From IMG/VR virus record IMGVR_UViG_3300020180_000002: DNA of 64,000 nt; one strand, written 5' to 3'. The position numbers were made by a program, and so were the translations under genes. Shown in pieces: positions 31,125 to 39,888 of this stretch. The DNA is from an uncultured virus (IMG/VR IMGVR_UViG_3300020180_000002) (taxonomy: Duplodnaviria; Heunggongvirae; Uroviricota; Caudoviricetes). The notes under the pieces were generated by a model that made no database searches, was not told the DNA's origin, and worked only from the letters and a program-made list of their open reading frames with translations. Each line of letters opens with the position of its first letter. Position 1 is the first letter of the stretch.

Positions 31125-31520
31125 TTATAACTCATTTTTAAGAAGTGCTCGATTTAACAAATGTGCGTTATTGTACACTTCCATTAAGGTTTTTAAGTAT
31201 AGTAGTTTATTATCAATCATATCCACTTGCTCATTTATGGCAAGATAATCAGGATTAGCTTTAGCGCCCGCTTCTCTAGTCTTAGCATCAGAGCCAACTG
31301 ATGATCTAATGGCTTCATTAAAAGCAATGGCAAGCAATGAATCTTTACTCACTTTCATATTAAGAAGGGTATCTCTTATTTGCGCAAACTTAGTTAGAGC
31401 TATAAGGAACTGACTGGCCTTCACTTCAGACTGACTAGTAATAGAATCACTAATAGGAAGTAATTCATTATATTTATCACTTAGTTTATTAATTTGTTCT
31501 GTAATTTGATCTAATGTCAT
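31125..31520 (-). CDS. UvsY-like recombination mediator (putative)
   Basis: All-helical protein with a REA-x-A-x-A-N-P-D-Y pattern, near the RecA-like gene. Confidence 0.4.
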   Translation of the reverse strand: MTLDQITEQINKLSDKYNELLPISDSITSQSEVKASQFLIALTKFAQIRDTLLNMKVSKDSLLAIAFNEAIRSSVGSDAKTREAGAKANPDYLAINEQVDMIDNKLLYLKTLMEVYNNAHLLNRALLKNEL

Positions 31521-31521
31521 T

Positions 31522-31815
31522 TTATTTACCTACAGCTAGTTTGTTACCGCGTTCATTAATAAGAATCACAGCAAGTTGAATACGAGCATTGTTAGCCTTC
31601 TTAATATCTTTTAAACCAGCGGTCAAATCAGCTAGATCACTTTTAAGTTGCTGATACTTAGGATTAGATTCAAGATCAGACCTAGCTTCTTCAATATTCT
31701 GTGTAGCAACTACAATTACTGATTCTAGTTGTTCTTTAGATAGCACCCTAGTTTCATTAACTACTTGTTCGCCTAATACTTTATAAATTTTATTCATTAG
31801 TTTATCATTATTCAT
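31522..31815 (-). CDS. Coiled-coil hypothetical protein
   Basis: ORF with strong RBS (AAGGAG). Confidence 0.6.
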   Translation of the reverse strand: MNNDKLMNKIYKVLGEQVVNETRVLSKEQLESVIVVATQNIEEARSDLESNPKYQQLKSDLADLTAGLKDIKKANNARIQLAVILINERGNKLAVGK

Positions 31816-31830
31816 TTTAGTTCTCCTTCT

Positions 31831-32271
31831 TTAGAATTCCATTCTAAGATACAGGGAAGTTAACGGTTTGTCAATACTCAAGTCAACCTCTGCTCCAACA
31901 TACACAGGAAACACAGGGATTTTAACATCGGAACCAACTCTATAAAACGGCTTATCTGATAAAGATCTAGGGTTTATACCTACACCAGCTTTAACTGAAT
32001 ACATCTTTTGTGATTTAGTCTTTTCAGTTGATTTATCAGTTTTTGTTACATTAGTTTCTTTTTGCTTAGTTTCTTTAGTCTCTTCAATAAGCTTACCAGT
32101 ATCTTTATCATATTTCTTGGTGGTTTTCTCATCCTTTTGAACTATAGTCTTTTCAATTATCTTTTCTTGAATAACAACCTTATCAGGTGCAAAGGTATAA
32201 CCTAATACCCCCCCAATAGCGATTGCAACAATAGATATAGCTAACATTTTAAGTATATTATTTAAGTTCAT
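31831..32271 (-). CDS. Membrane-anchored hypothetical protein
   Basis: N-terminal TM helix, K/T/E-rich linker, C-terminal beta strands ending in F. Confidence 0.55.
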   Translation of the reverse strand: MNLNNILKMLAISIVAIAIGGVLGYTFAPDKVVIQEKIIEKTIVQKDEKTTKKYDKDTGKLIEETKETKQKETNVTKTDKSTEKTKSQKMYSVKAGVGINPRSLSDKPFYRVGSDVKIPVFPVYVGAEVDLSIDKPLTSLYLRMEF

Positions 32272-32663
32272 TATTTGTTATCCTTTTTATATCGATCATC
32301 CAAATGAGGTTTATTTTTAACCATCCAAATAGCCATGGCAATGCTTGCGGCCGCGTGGCCCAAGTGATTTAACTTTGAATCATCTGCAACGTCTTCGCCC
32401 CATGAATATGCATTCAAGTGGCGAAGGGCCGCACCTAATAGTCGAGTAACTTTAATCCCGTTAGTAAAGTTATATCTGCCATATTTTTGTTCGCCATTCA
32501 TAAAAGCTTTAGCTGCTTCATCTAAAAACTCAGGAGGCAAAAGTGAATGATCAGGCTTTCCATTATCATTCTTAATGCCTTCAACTTTAGTTGGTTTTAC
32601 TTCTTGTTTAATAAAACTATCAAATGTATTATCTAATTTATCTGACATATTATCTCCTCTCAT
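32271..32663 (-). CDS. DUF5664-like dATP/dGTP diphosphohydrolase domain protein
   Basis: K-x-D-x-G-K-P-x-x-S-L-L-P...G-x-x-K-Y-G-x-x-N-F...A-A-L-R-H...G-E-D...H-L-G-H-A pattern. Confidence 0.75.
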   Translation of the reverse strand: MRGDNMSDKLDNTFDSFIKQEVKPTKVEGIKNDNGKPDHSLLPPEFLDEAAKAFMNGEQKYGRYNFTNGIKVTRLLGAALRHLNAYSWGEDVADDSKLNHLGHAAASIAMAIWMVKNKPHLDDRYKKDNK

Positions 32664-32766
32664 GAGATATCTTTTAATGTACCCAGATTTTCATATAATT
32701 AGGCAAAAGTGAATGAAGTTGAATCATAAAAACGCAATCTCCTTCATAAAGCTTATATACTCTATA

Positions 32767-32795
32767 ATCATAACCTAAGTTATATACTAAGTCAA
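32767..32795 (-). promoter_or_regulatory. Sigma70-type promoter TTGACT-17-TATGAT
   Basis: Hexamers with a 17-bp spacer in an intergenic region. Confidence 0.5.
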
Positions 32796-32931
32796 TCATT
32801 TAATTAAACACTCTCAACTTGTAAATTGAATCTCCAGATTCGTTGCCCCCATAGGCCTACCTTAAAGTTCATTATATTCTTTTCTGTTATGAATAGATAA
32901 TAATCATATCCCAGGTGTTCTAATAACTGAC

Positions 32932-33609
32932 TCAACCTATTAATTCCTTAAGCTTTTCTTTAGACCGTTTAAGGCTATAGTTAATAAATACCCCTTTCGG
33001 GATAACGGTATTGAACATTACAGAGGTTTTGAACAGTTTTTCTAATAAACGATCAACGTCATAGTCCCCTTTAAAATCTTCTACTAACGAGAGCTCGCCA
33101 TTTGACTTATAGAAGAAGTAGGCACGGTCCCCCTCTACATACTCCGTACCCGCTATCGCAGACTTCACTATGGCCTCATTAGTGCGTTTAGCGGCCATTA
33201 CAGAAGCGCTGATAGTCTTCCTAGATGCCCATCTCTTAATATCTTCAATTAAAACAATTTCTTTAACATACCTATGGTATACTTCTTCATATTTATATGT
33301 ACCATTAAGCATTTCATCTATAATGTCTTTAATAAACTGTTTTAACGCGGGTTCCTTTGTTGAACTCTTGACACTAGAGCCTTTATAAGTGATCTTTTCG
33401 CCGTCATAAAGTATATAGTTCTTGGTTTTAAAGATTATTACTCTTTTAAACGTGCCTTCTAGCTCCCAGTTGATTCCTGATTCAAATAATGAATTCAATT
33501 CATTAGTGAGGCTAACCTGTTCTTCTTCTGTAAATGCACTTTGGTCTGCTTTACAAACCATGATACTATCCGTGTCACAGTTCACTAATTTAAAGTTTTT
33601 ACTTGACAT
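32932..33609 (-). CDS. polB: Family B DNA polymerase, C-terminal subunit (motif C, thumb)
   Basis: NCDTDS motif C and K-N-Y...KG motif; own ATG at 33609 preceded by GGTGAAGA. Confidence 0.85.
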   Translation of the reverse strand: MSSKNFKLVNCDTDSIMVCKADQSAFTEEEQVSLTNELNSLFESGINWELEGTFKRVIIFKTKNYILYDGEKITYKGSSVKSSTKEPALKQFIKDIIDEMLNGTYKYEEVYHRYVKEIVLIEDIKRWASRKTISASVMAAKRTNEAIVKSAIAGTEYVEGDRAYFFYKSNGELSLVEDFKGDYDVDRLLEKLFKTSVMFNTVIPKGVFINYSLKRSKEKLKELIG

Positions 33610-35092
33610 AATCTTCACCAGTTGCCCATTTAATGGCCTTAGCTAATATCTCTCTACCTGTTCTTGTAATGAATGCAGCCCCTTCAGGGTAGTTATTATT
33701 GTTGTACTTACTAGCCATGTATCCATACATTGAGTTAATACCTTGTTTTAAGGTTAACTGTAATGCTTCATAGTATTCATCATTTTTAGCTAGTTTTTTA
33801 TATTCTAATCTCTTCTTAGTAAAATATCTACATAATTCTAACAAGTATCCTAGAGGGTCTTTAATCTTATCATACACTTCATATTGTAAAATAATACTTG
33901 GGTAAAGTGATGAGATATCCCATTTTATACAATTGGAATAAACGCCAGATGTAGAGTCAGATGTTGCACCTTCGAACACTATAGATTGCGTCACTTTAGA
34001 TATACTATGTCCGCCCTGTATGTAAGCTCGATTCATCATAGTATTGATTTGACCGCCGCTTGCAGATTCGATTACATGCTGATAGCTTCGGGCCACAGAC
34101 TGTGTCCAATAAAATGATGTTGCACACATTAAATTATATAAATTTAAACTATCATCAGCATCGAACATTGCGTATTCTTTAATCTTTTTCCATTCAACAG
34201 GGTCTTTATATTTTAATCTAATCTGCCCAGCATCATAGAACTGTCTATCTTTTACTTCTAAACCCTCTTGTTTAATAATATTCTTTAAACCATAGGTTTC
34301 ATACTTTCGACCAATATCGTACTTGTAAGATAGAAACAAAGTATCAATAACTTCTCTGCCGTATACGTGAACTTTTTTAAATTCATAGAAATTAGTAGAA
34401 TCTTTTCTAAACTTACTATCATAGGTGTCAAAGGTGATATCATCCCCGTTGCGGCCCAAAGTGAGATGTACGCCATATTTATTAGCAATGAAATTTAAAT
34501 AGGGTAAATCGAACATAACAATATTATGTCCCACTAGCAGAGAAGGGTCTTTTTCATTAACCCATTCGCACCATGCTTTTATCATTTCACCTTCATTATC
34601 ATACTCATCATAGGTAAACATCTTACGTTCTAGTTTATCTTGGCTTGAGTAAGTATTTGAAATAATAAGAACTTTAGACGAGGAGTCATGGATTAGTCCG
34701 GTGGTTTCAATATCAAATGATAACACACTAACATCAGTATGTTTTAGATCCTTGAAATACGTCAAACCCTCGCGCACCATAAGTGCCTCCTTGGAGTTCC
34801 ATATGGAGAAAATGTCTTCACCTTTATAACGGTGTCGGTCAGATGTAAATGATCTGCGAGTTTTAAATGTCTTAATCCATTTATAATGAAGATTACCCTT
34901 AAGAGCTTTAAAATGAGGGTCTAGACATTTATTAGCTAGTAACCAGTATTCATTAGGTAAAATCTGACTAGTAACAAACCCATCCTGTTGTTGAATAAAT
35001 ACCTCAGTACCATCATCGGTGGGTTCAATAGAGACAATTCGAGTTAAATTAGATTTTCCAAAGATGAGCTTATCCATTGAATATCTTTCCAT
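33599..35092 (-). CDS. polB: Family B DNA polymerase, N-terminal subunit (3'-5' exonuclease, motifs A and B)
   Basis: SFDIET, GHNIVMFDLPYL and YAMFD exonuclease motifs; DISSLYPSII motif A; K-x-x-x-NSMYG motif B. Confidence 0.9.
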   Translation of the reverse strand: MERYSMDKLIFGKSNLTRIVSIEPTDDGTEVFIQQQDGFVTSQILPNEYWLLANKCLDPHFKALKGNLHYKWIKTFKTRRSFTSDRHRYKGEDIFSIWNSKEALMVREGLTYFKDLKHTDVSVLSFDIETTGLIHDSSSKVLIISNTYSSQDKLERKMFTYDEYDNEGEMIKAWCEWVNEKDPSLLVGHNIVMFDLPYLNFIANKYGVHLTLGRNGDDITFDTYDSKFRKDSTNFYEFKKVHVYGREVIDTLFLSYKYDIGRKYETYGLKNIIKQEGLEVKDRQFYDAGQIRLKYKDPVEWKKIKEYAMFDADDSLNLYNLMCATSFYWTQSVARSYQHVIESASGGQINTMMNRAYIQGGHSISKVTQSIVFEGATSDSTSGVYSNCIKWDISSLYPSIILQYEVYDKIKDPLGYLLELCRYFTKKRLEYKKLAKNDEYYEALQLTLKQGINSMYGYMASKYNNNNYPEGAAFITRTGREILAKAIKWATGEDYVK

Positions 35093-35267
35093 GTTTTAAA
35101 TCTAAATTATAATAATAACCTTTACCTCTTAACGGGTAATGTTGTAATAATACCTTTATCTCACGTGTAACAAATGCCCCAGCGGGATTACTATAATAAT
35201 GTAAATATCCTAGTTGTGCTATTAGTTTACTCACTTTTAATCTCTTTAGCGGCCTTTTCTTTAGCAA
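35070..35267 (-). CDS. Small basic hypothetical protein
   Basis: ORF overlapping both primase-helicase and polB. Confidence 0.35.
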   Translation of the reverse strand: MLKKRPLKRLKVSKLIAQLGYLHYYSNPAGAFVTREIKVLLQHYPLRGKGYYYNLDLKHGKIFNG

Positions 35268-37047
35268 GTTTTAATAATCTTGGATAGTTATCTCTAGCTG
35301 GACTACCTTGATATTGAGTAGCCTGATTCTTTTCATCAGACCTACGAAGCATATTAGCCTTCTCTACCATTTTATTAAACTCTTCTTCTTCAATCTGTGA
35401 CAGCTGTCTAAAATCTCCTGTACTTAGATCATAATACAAATGATGACGAATGTAAACCCTAGTTAAATCATTTAACCCCACTTCTCTAATTTTACTATAC
35501 TGCCAAGCTGAACAGGTAAGCATAGTTTCATTCTGTACACGTTTAAGCGGCTGCCACACTGTAATGATGTAATCACAGAACCAAGCAAACTGTGCTGCGC
35601 CATATGCGGCGTTTAATCCCATTGGGGTATCGCCATGTCCAGCTCTTTCAATGGTTGACTGATTTTGAATAATAAGAAAACAGCCTAGCATCTCAGCTAT
35701 CACTTTCATTAGTCGGCACATCTCCTTGGTATTAATAGATTTAATCTTACCTCTACCAGACATAATATCAGTAGAGACATCAAAATTAGGTTCTTTAGTT
35801 ATATCAATCTTATCTGATAAGGCCATGAAATGATCTATTAATACCGCTCCAGCTTTCTTATTTTCTTGTTTACAAGTGTCTTGTACAAACTTAACAATAT
35901 GTTGCCAGGTCAAACGTTCATCTGAATTCTTATTATCAATAACAAATAACCGTCTGCTCATACTTGGGTCTTTACCCACAAGCTTATGCCAGCGTTGTAC
36001 GATCTGTCTAGCAGGCATTTCTAAACTAAAGAAGAAATGAATGTCATCATTTTGACTATTGTTATAAATAATGTCTCTAATAATCTTTAATGATAATGCA
36101 GTCTTGCCTGTACCTGATCCTGCAACCACTCCTAATACTTCGCCTTTTCTCCATTTCTCTTGTGTGACATCTAGGAAGTTAGGGCCACATATAGGCTCAC
36201 TTTGTTTATATAAATCAGGGTTACACTCTAAATCAAATATACTACTTGCGATGTACTCGGTCTTCTCTGATAACCCTCTAGGGTCATGCTTAGGGTCATT
36301 AGTGAATGCAGATGACACGGTGCGTTCTAGTTCATCTTCACTGAAGTCTTTATCTAGACAAGGAGACTTTGAAAGCTTTTCAACGGCCTCTTCTAATGTA
36401 TACCCTTGTTCTTGTAAATCCTTAGCAGCTTTAAAACAAGATATGTTTCGTCCGCCGGCTGCGGCCCCATTAATAATAAATTCCATAGTAGCTCTAGATA
36501 GCTTACCTTTGGTTAACATCAACTCAAGCCTAGGTTTCTCAAATACCGTTGGCATTACATTAACAGTGACTGGGTTAATGGGCTTTCCTGGGTTCTCATA
36601 AACAAAACTTTTAGATTGATAATAAAAACGTGCAAAGTCTTTACATGTCTGGTCAATGAATGGAAATCGATTGGCTAGGTAATACCATGTATTTTTATAG
36701 ATTTCTTTATCAATAATAGTTGACGACAGGGGTATGATCACTCTAAATCTATCTGTAGTGTTACCATGTTTTAACACTTGATGGGATTTAGTAGTTACAA
36801 TGATATGGTTATATTCTTTAAATAACTCTTTAGCTTCTTCGATTGTACAGTGTTGAATTGATTTGTCATCATTATCAATATCTAAAACCATTACATCGCA
36901 ACTGGACCAATTCTCCCCTGTTCGATAATTATCTTTAAAAACAAAAGGTGACCAATTATGATGCAAGGTAAAATCTGTAAGCTGTTTAAAATTATTAAAC
37001 TTCTGATCATGAGATTGTGTCAGGTTAATTAACCTTGATATGAACAT
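35227..37047 (-). CDS. Primase-helicase (AEP-type primase, PriCT domain and SF4/DnaB-like helicase)
   Basis: VLDIDND, TTKSH and RFRVIIPL primase motifs; GGRN PriCT motif; GSGTGKT Walker A, FSLEM and LIDH. Confidence 0.85.
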   Translation of the reverse strand: MFISRLINLTQSHDQKFNNFKQLTDFTLHHNWSPFVFKDNYRTGENWSSCDVMVLDIDNDDKSIQHCTIEEAKELFKEYNHIIVTTKSHQVLKHGNTTDRFRVIIPLSSTIIDKEIYKNTWYYLANRFPFIDQTCKDFARFYYQSKSFVYENPGKPINPVTVNVMPTVFEKPRLELMLTKGKLSRATMEFIINGAAAGGRNISCFKAAKDLQEQGYTLEEAVEKLSKSPCLDKDFSEDELERTVSSAFTNDPKHDPRGLSEKTEYIASSIFDLECNPDLYKQSEPICGPNFLDVTQEKWRKGEVLGVVAGSGTGKTALSLKIIRDIIYNNSQNDDIHFFFSLEMPARQIVQRWHKLVGKDPSMSRRLFVIDNKNSDERLTWQHIVKFVQDTCKQENKKAGAVLIDHFMALSDKIDITKEPNFDVSTDIMSGRGKIKSINTKEMCRLMKVIAEMLGCFLIIQNQSTIERAGHGDTPMGLNAAYGAAQFAWFCDYIITVWQPLKRVQNETMLTCSAWQYSKIREVGLNDLTRVYIRHHLYYDLSTGDFRQLSQIEEEEFNKMVEKANMLRRSDEKNQATQYQGSPARDNYPRLLKLAKEKAAKEIKSE

Positions 37048-37070
37048 TTCTTAACTCTCCTAATAAAATG

Positions 37071-37327
37071 CTGCGGGCCATAGTAAGTTAATGGCTACCG
37101 ATTATTCCGCGCACGGACAGCTGATATAAACCTCATTAGAGGGAGCACCGACTCCTGCTTTATAATATCTAGCCTCCAGCTAATGCTGGCCGCAGTCATA
37201 TGGTAAAACTTTATGCTGTCTCTCCAGCTGTCACACAACTAGGCACGATTCTTACGAATCCATTTAGACCTCTTGGTCTTACTTTAAATACCTACTGATA
37301 TCCTCGGTATTCCAGGTATGTGTCACC
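37071..37327 (-). ncRNA. Two adjacent multi-hairpin structured elements (putative ncRNA or cis-regulatory RNA)
   Basis: CTGCGG/CCGCAG closing stem (37071-37195) with internal hairpins. Second element has AGACC/GGTCT, GATTC-GTAA-GAATC and GCTG-GAGAGA-CAGC hairpins. Confidence 0.45.
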
Positions 37328-37335
37328 TAACTATA

Positions 37336-37776
37336 TCATCGCTTTCTATTAGAGAACTTAGATCCAGAATCAGGTGCATCTGCGGTAGCTTCAGCAAGAG
37401 CTGTTTTATCGCCAGCAAGTGCATTGGAAGCATCATCAGCTGAAATAATATCTGCTTCATCTTGAGCTACTGAAAATACAGGAACTTGTCGGAATTCATT
37501 ATTAGAATCACGTGACTTAGTTGAAGTACGTGTTCCAGTTCTAGTGATTACAGTCCATGCATTCAAAGATACATTACCTTCTTCGATTTCTGTTTCAAGA
37601 TAGCTAAGGTTACCGTTTGGATACAAAGTTTCAACTTTAGCATCTTTAGATAGCAATTTGATACCAAAGTTATACTTTGATTCTACTAGTCCAATTAGGT
37701 ATCCTGAAATTGTTTCGCCCATTTGTAGGGAAGAAGCTTTACGTCCGCTTGTCCCCATTTTTAATGTTAGTGCCAT
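37336..37776 (-). CDS. Putative single-stranded DNA-binding protein
   Basis: OB-fold-like beta pattern with acidic tail, next to the primase-helicase; strong RBS (AAGGAG). Confidence 0.45.
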   Translation of the reverse strand: MALTLKMGTSGRKASSLQMGETISGYLIGLVESKYNFGIKLLSKDAKVETLYPNGNLSYLETEIEEGNVSLNAWTVITRTGTRTSTKSRDSNNEFRQVPVFSVAQDEADIISADDASNALAGDKTALAEATADAPDSGSKFSNRKR

Positions 37777-37838
37777 ATTATGTTCTCCTTTTATATTATA
37801 TTATATATTACTATTCTAAAACGTTTAGACTAGCAAAC

Positions 37839-38630
37839 TTAATTCCTTAATGACTTTTTCTTTTCTTTAGAAAATAGATTATTTCTATCTTTAGCTTCTG
37901 ATCCACATGATTTGCACAGATATCTTTGATACTTGCCACTTGATGTGTATTTGAATCCCTTTTTAATAAAATCTACACTTCCGCATGTACACATCTGTGT
38001 AAGTGAATCTGTATATAGATTAGGATTAAAACCATTGTCATATGGTTGTAATTTAAGGTACAACTCTTCTGTCGCTAGAATGTCTTGTATATTATAAGCT
38101 TTCATTTCATTCCAAGCTGCTTTATTACCTTTAAGACATTCCTTCCATAGTTCAAAACCTGGAAACTTCTTATGAGTGAGCTTCTTATATTTAGTACAAA
38201 GCTTCTTAGAAAGATACTCTAGTTTATTAGAAGTGAAGTTAAAATGCTTCTTAGCTATTCTCATGGTATCTAACTGTTTAAAACTACTAGGAGGTTTCAT
38301 CCCATGGATTAGCATTCTAGCTTTAATACGCTTAATATCAAATGAGATTGAGTTTTGACCAATTACAACATCTGCTTCATCTAACAGTTTCCAAAGATCT
38401 TGTAATAGCGGCTTATCGTTTCTAACGTCCTTTTGATTACGAACATCAGCGTAATGTACCTTTTTCTCTCCAAGCCATTTAACTGAATAAGAAAGAATAC
38501 TCCAGTCTTCAACAATCTGATTAAGGGCAACGTTTTGATCGAACAGGGCCCATGTGTATGATACGATAGGCGCCGTTTCAATATCTATCACTGCTATTCT
38601 AGCTGATTTATGTTTTTTATTTGTCTTCAT
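37839..38630 (-). CDS. RNase H-like (DnaQ-family) exonuclease with C-terminal zinc ribbon
   Basis: DIETAP, GQNSISFD and YNIQD motifs; CTCG...CKSCG. Confidence 0.8.
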   Translation of the reverse strand: MKTNKKHKSARIAVIDIETAPIVSYTWALFDQNVALNQIVEDWSILSYSVKWLGEKKVHYADVRNQKDVRNDKPLLQDLWKLLDEADVVIGQNSISFDIKRIKARMLIHGMKPPSSFKQLDTMRIAKKHFNFTSNKLEYLSKKLCTKYKKLTHKKFPGFELWKECLKGNKAAWNEMKAYNIQDILATEELYLKLQPYDNGFNPNLYTDSLTQMCTCGSVDFIKKGFKYTSSGKYQRYLCKSCGSEAKDRNNLFSKEKKKSLRN

Positions 38631-38656
38631 AATATTTAACCCTTGTATAAGATCTA

Positions 38657-38896
38657 TTATTCATAATATTCAACCAGTGTTTGTCCGTTGTGACCAAAAA
38701 TTTCAATAGCTTCTTTTATGTTATCATATATATTTAAAGAATGATGTTTTGATAACCAGTTTATCGTTATTCGACCATTGCTCCACTCAACCCCCTCAGC
38801 TACAATTCCAGTTCCTGATACACCTGATTCATCTTCTAGTCTTTGAAGATAAAACAGACGCATACCTGATTTAGGTTTCTTTGGTTTTCTAGGCAT
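38657..38896 (-). CDS. Conserved phage hypothetical protein
   Basis: F-x-L-x-R-x-E-D-x-S-G-V-S-G-T-G-x-V-A-E-G motif, widespread in phages. Confidence 0.7.
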   Translation of the reverse strand: MPRKPKKPKSGMRLFYLQRLEDESGVSGTGIVAEGVEWSNGRITINWLSKHHSLNIYDNIKEAIEIFGHNGQTLVEYYE

Positions 38897-39117
38897 TACT
38901 GTTGTCCTTTAATTTTTAGTTCAACATCCAATCTTTTATAAGCTTGATATACTTCATTAAGATCTTCTTCTTTTAAAGTTTTCTTAAGTGCTATTAGCAT
39001 GAATACTTGTTCATCCCTGGCCCCCATGATATATGCACCCTTAGTTGCAATTCTAAATCCTAGTAAAAATGATACTACACTTATAAAAACCACTAAAGCT
39101 GATAATATAATTGTCAT
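38896..39117 (-). CDS. Small membrane protein
   Basis: N-terminal TM helix. Confidence 0.55.
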   Translation of the reverse strand: MTIILSALVVFISVVSFLLGFRIATKGAYIMGARDEQVFMLIALKKTLKEEDLNEVYQAYKRLDVELKIKGQQ

Positions 39118-39608
39118 TTAGTTAACTCCTGTATTAGTTTCTTGATTTCACTTTTACGGCCCAATGCCTTGGCGCGTTCCATTACTTCTTCAATCACTTG
39201 ATCATAAATTTCCATAAGTTCAGTGGTTTGATTACCCAGAGACTGTTGTTCTTTAAGGTCAATCAATAGTTCAATACCGTCGCAAAGTTTACATAGCTTC
39301 TTTTCATCATCTGAAATAAATTGAATAGAATGCTCTGGCAGTAGCTCAAACTCTTTAATAGCAGGTATCTTAGCTTTAACTGGACTAGGACAATCAAAGC
39401 CTAAGAAAGCTTCGGACATGTCATGCATTAAAGCTGCAAACACTTCCTTGCCGCCTAGATACTGATACAACATAGCAACTCGTGCTGAATGCTCTAACAC
39501 ACTCTTAGGTTTAATCATGGTATAAGAAGTAAACCGGCTTACTCTGTGTAAACGATTGATTACTTGTTTTAGTTTAATAAATGTAAAATCCATTTGATTT
39601 TCTTTCAT
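39114..39608 (-). CDS. HD-domain nucleotidase (YfbR/DatZ-like)
   Basis: SVLEHS...ALMHDMSEA..GD-like...K..D motifs. Confidence 0.8.
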   Translation of the reverse strand: MKENQMDFTFIKLKQVINRLHRVSRFTSYTMIKPKSVLEHSARVAMLYQYLGGKEVFAALMHDMSEAFLGFDCPSPVKAKIPAIKEFELLPEHSIQFISDDEKKLCKLCDGIELLIDLKEQQSLGNQTTELMEIYDQVIEEVMERAKALGRKSEIKKLIQELTK

Positions 39609-39615
39609 TAGTTAT

Positions 39616-39644
39616 AGTATATATGCATTTGTTATAATAATCAA
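39616..39644 (-). promoter_or_regulatory. Sigma70-type promoter TTGATT-17-TATACT
   Basis: Immediately upstream of the HD gene. Confidence 0.5.
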
Positions 39645-39654
39645 GTAAAAAGTG

Positions 39655-39876
39655 TTATTTCTTGCTTCCGTTTATTACTTTCAAATGCTTACGGTCTAAT
39701 ATATCTAGTTTATTAATACAATCATTTATACCGTCATCAATTGATTCATAGGTGCCGCCGACGGTATTATTACCTTTTGTAATAGTGACCAGTACATGGG
39801 CTGATTCAAGTACTTCAATAGAAAAGATTACATTCTTTTTTTCAAACAATTTAGCTAATCTTTCATCTGCTGTCAT
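39655..39876 (-). CDS. Hypothetical protein
   Basis: ORF with RBS (AAGGGG). Confidence 0.55.
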   Translation of the reverse strand: MTADERLAKLFEKKNVIFSIEVLESAHVLVTITKGNNTVGGTYESIDDGINDCINKLDILDRKHLKVINGSKK

Positions 39877-39888
39877 TATGTTTCCCCT

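Noticed and set aside
36071..36601. 176-aa + strand ORF (and the similar 46726-47232)
   Set aside because: Antisense to well-supported primase-helicase and AAA genes; no motifs.
32271..39608. Z-genome (2-aminoadenine) biosynthesis cluster
   Set aside because: No PurZ/adenylosuccinate-synthetase-like ORF in the window.
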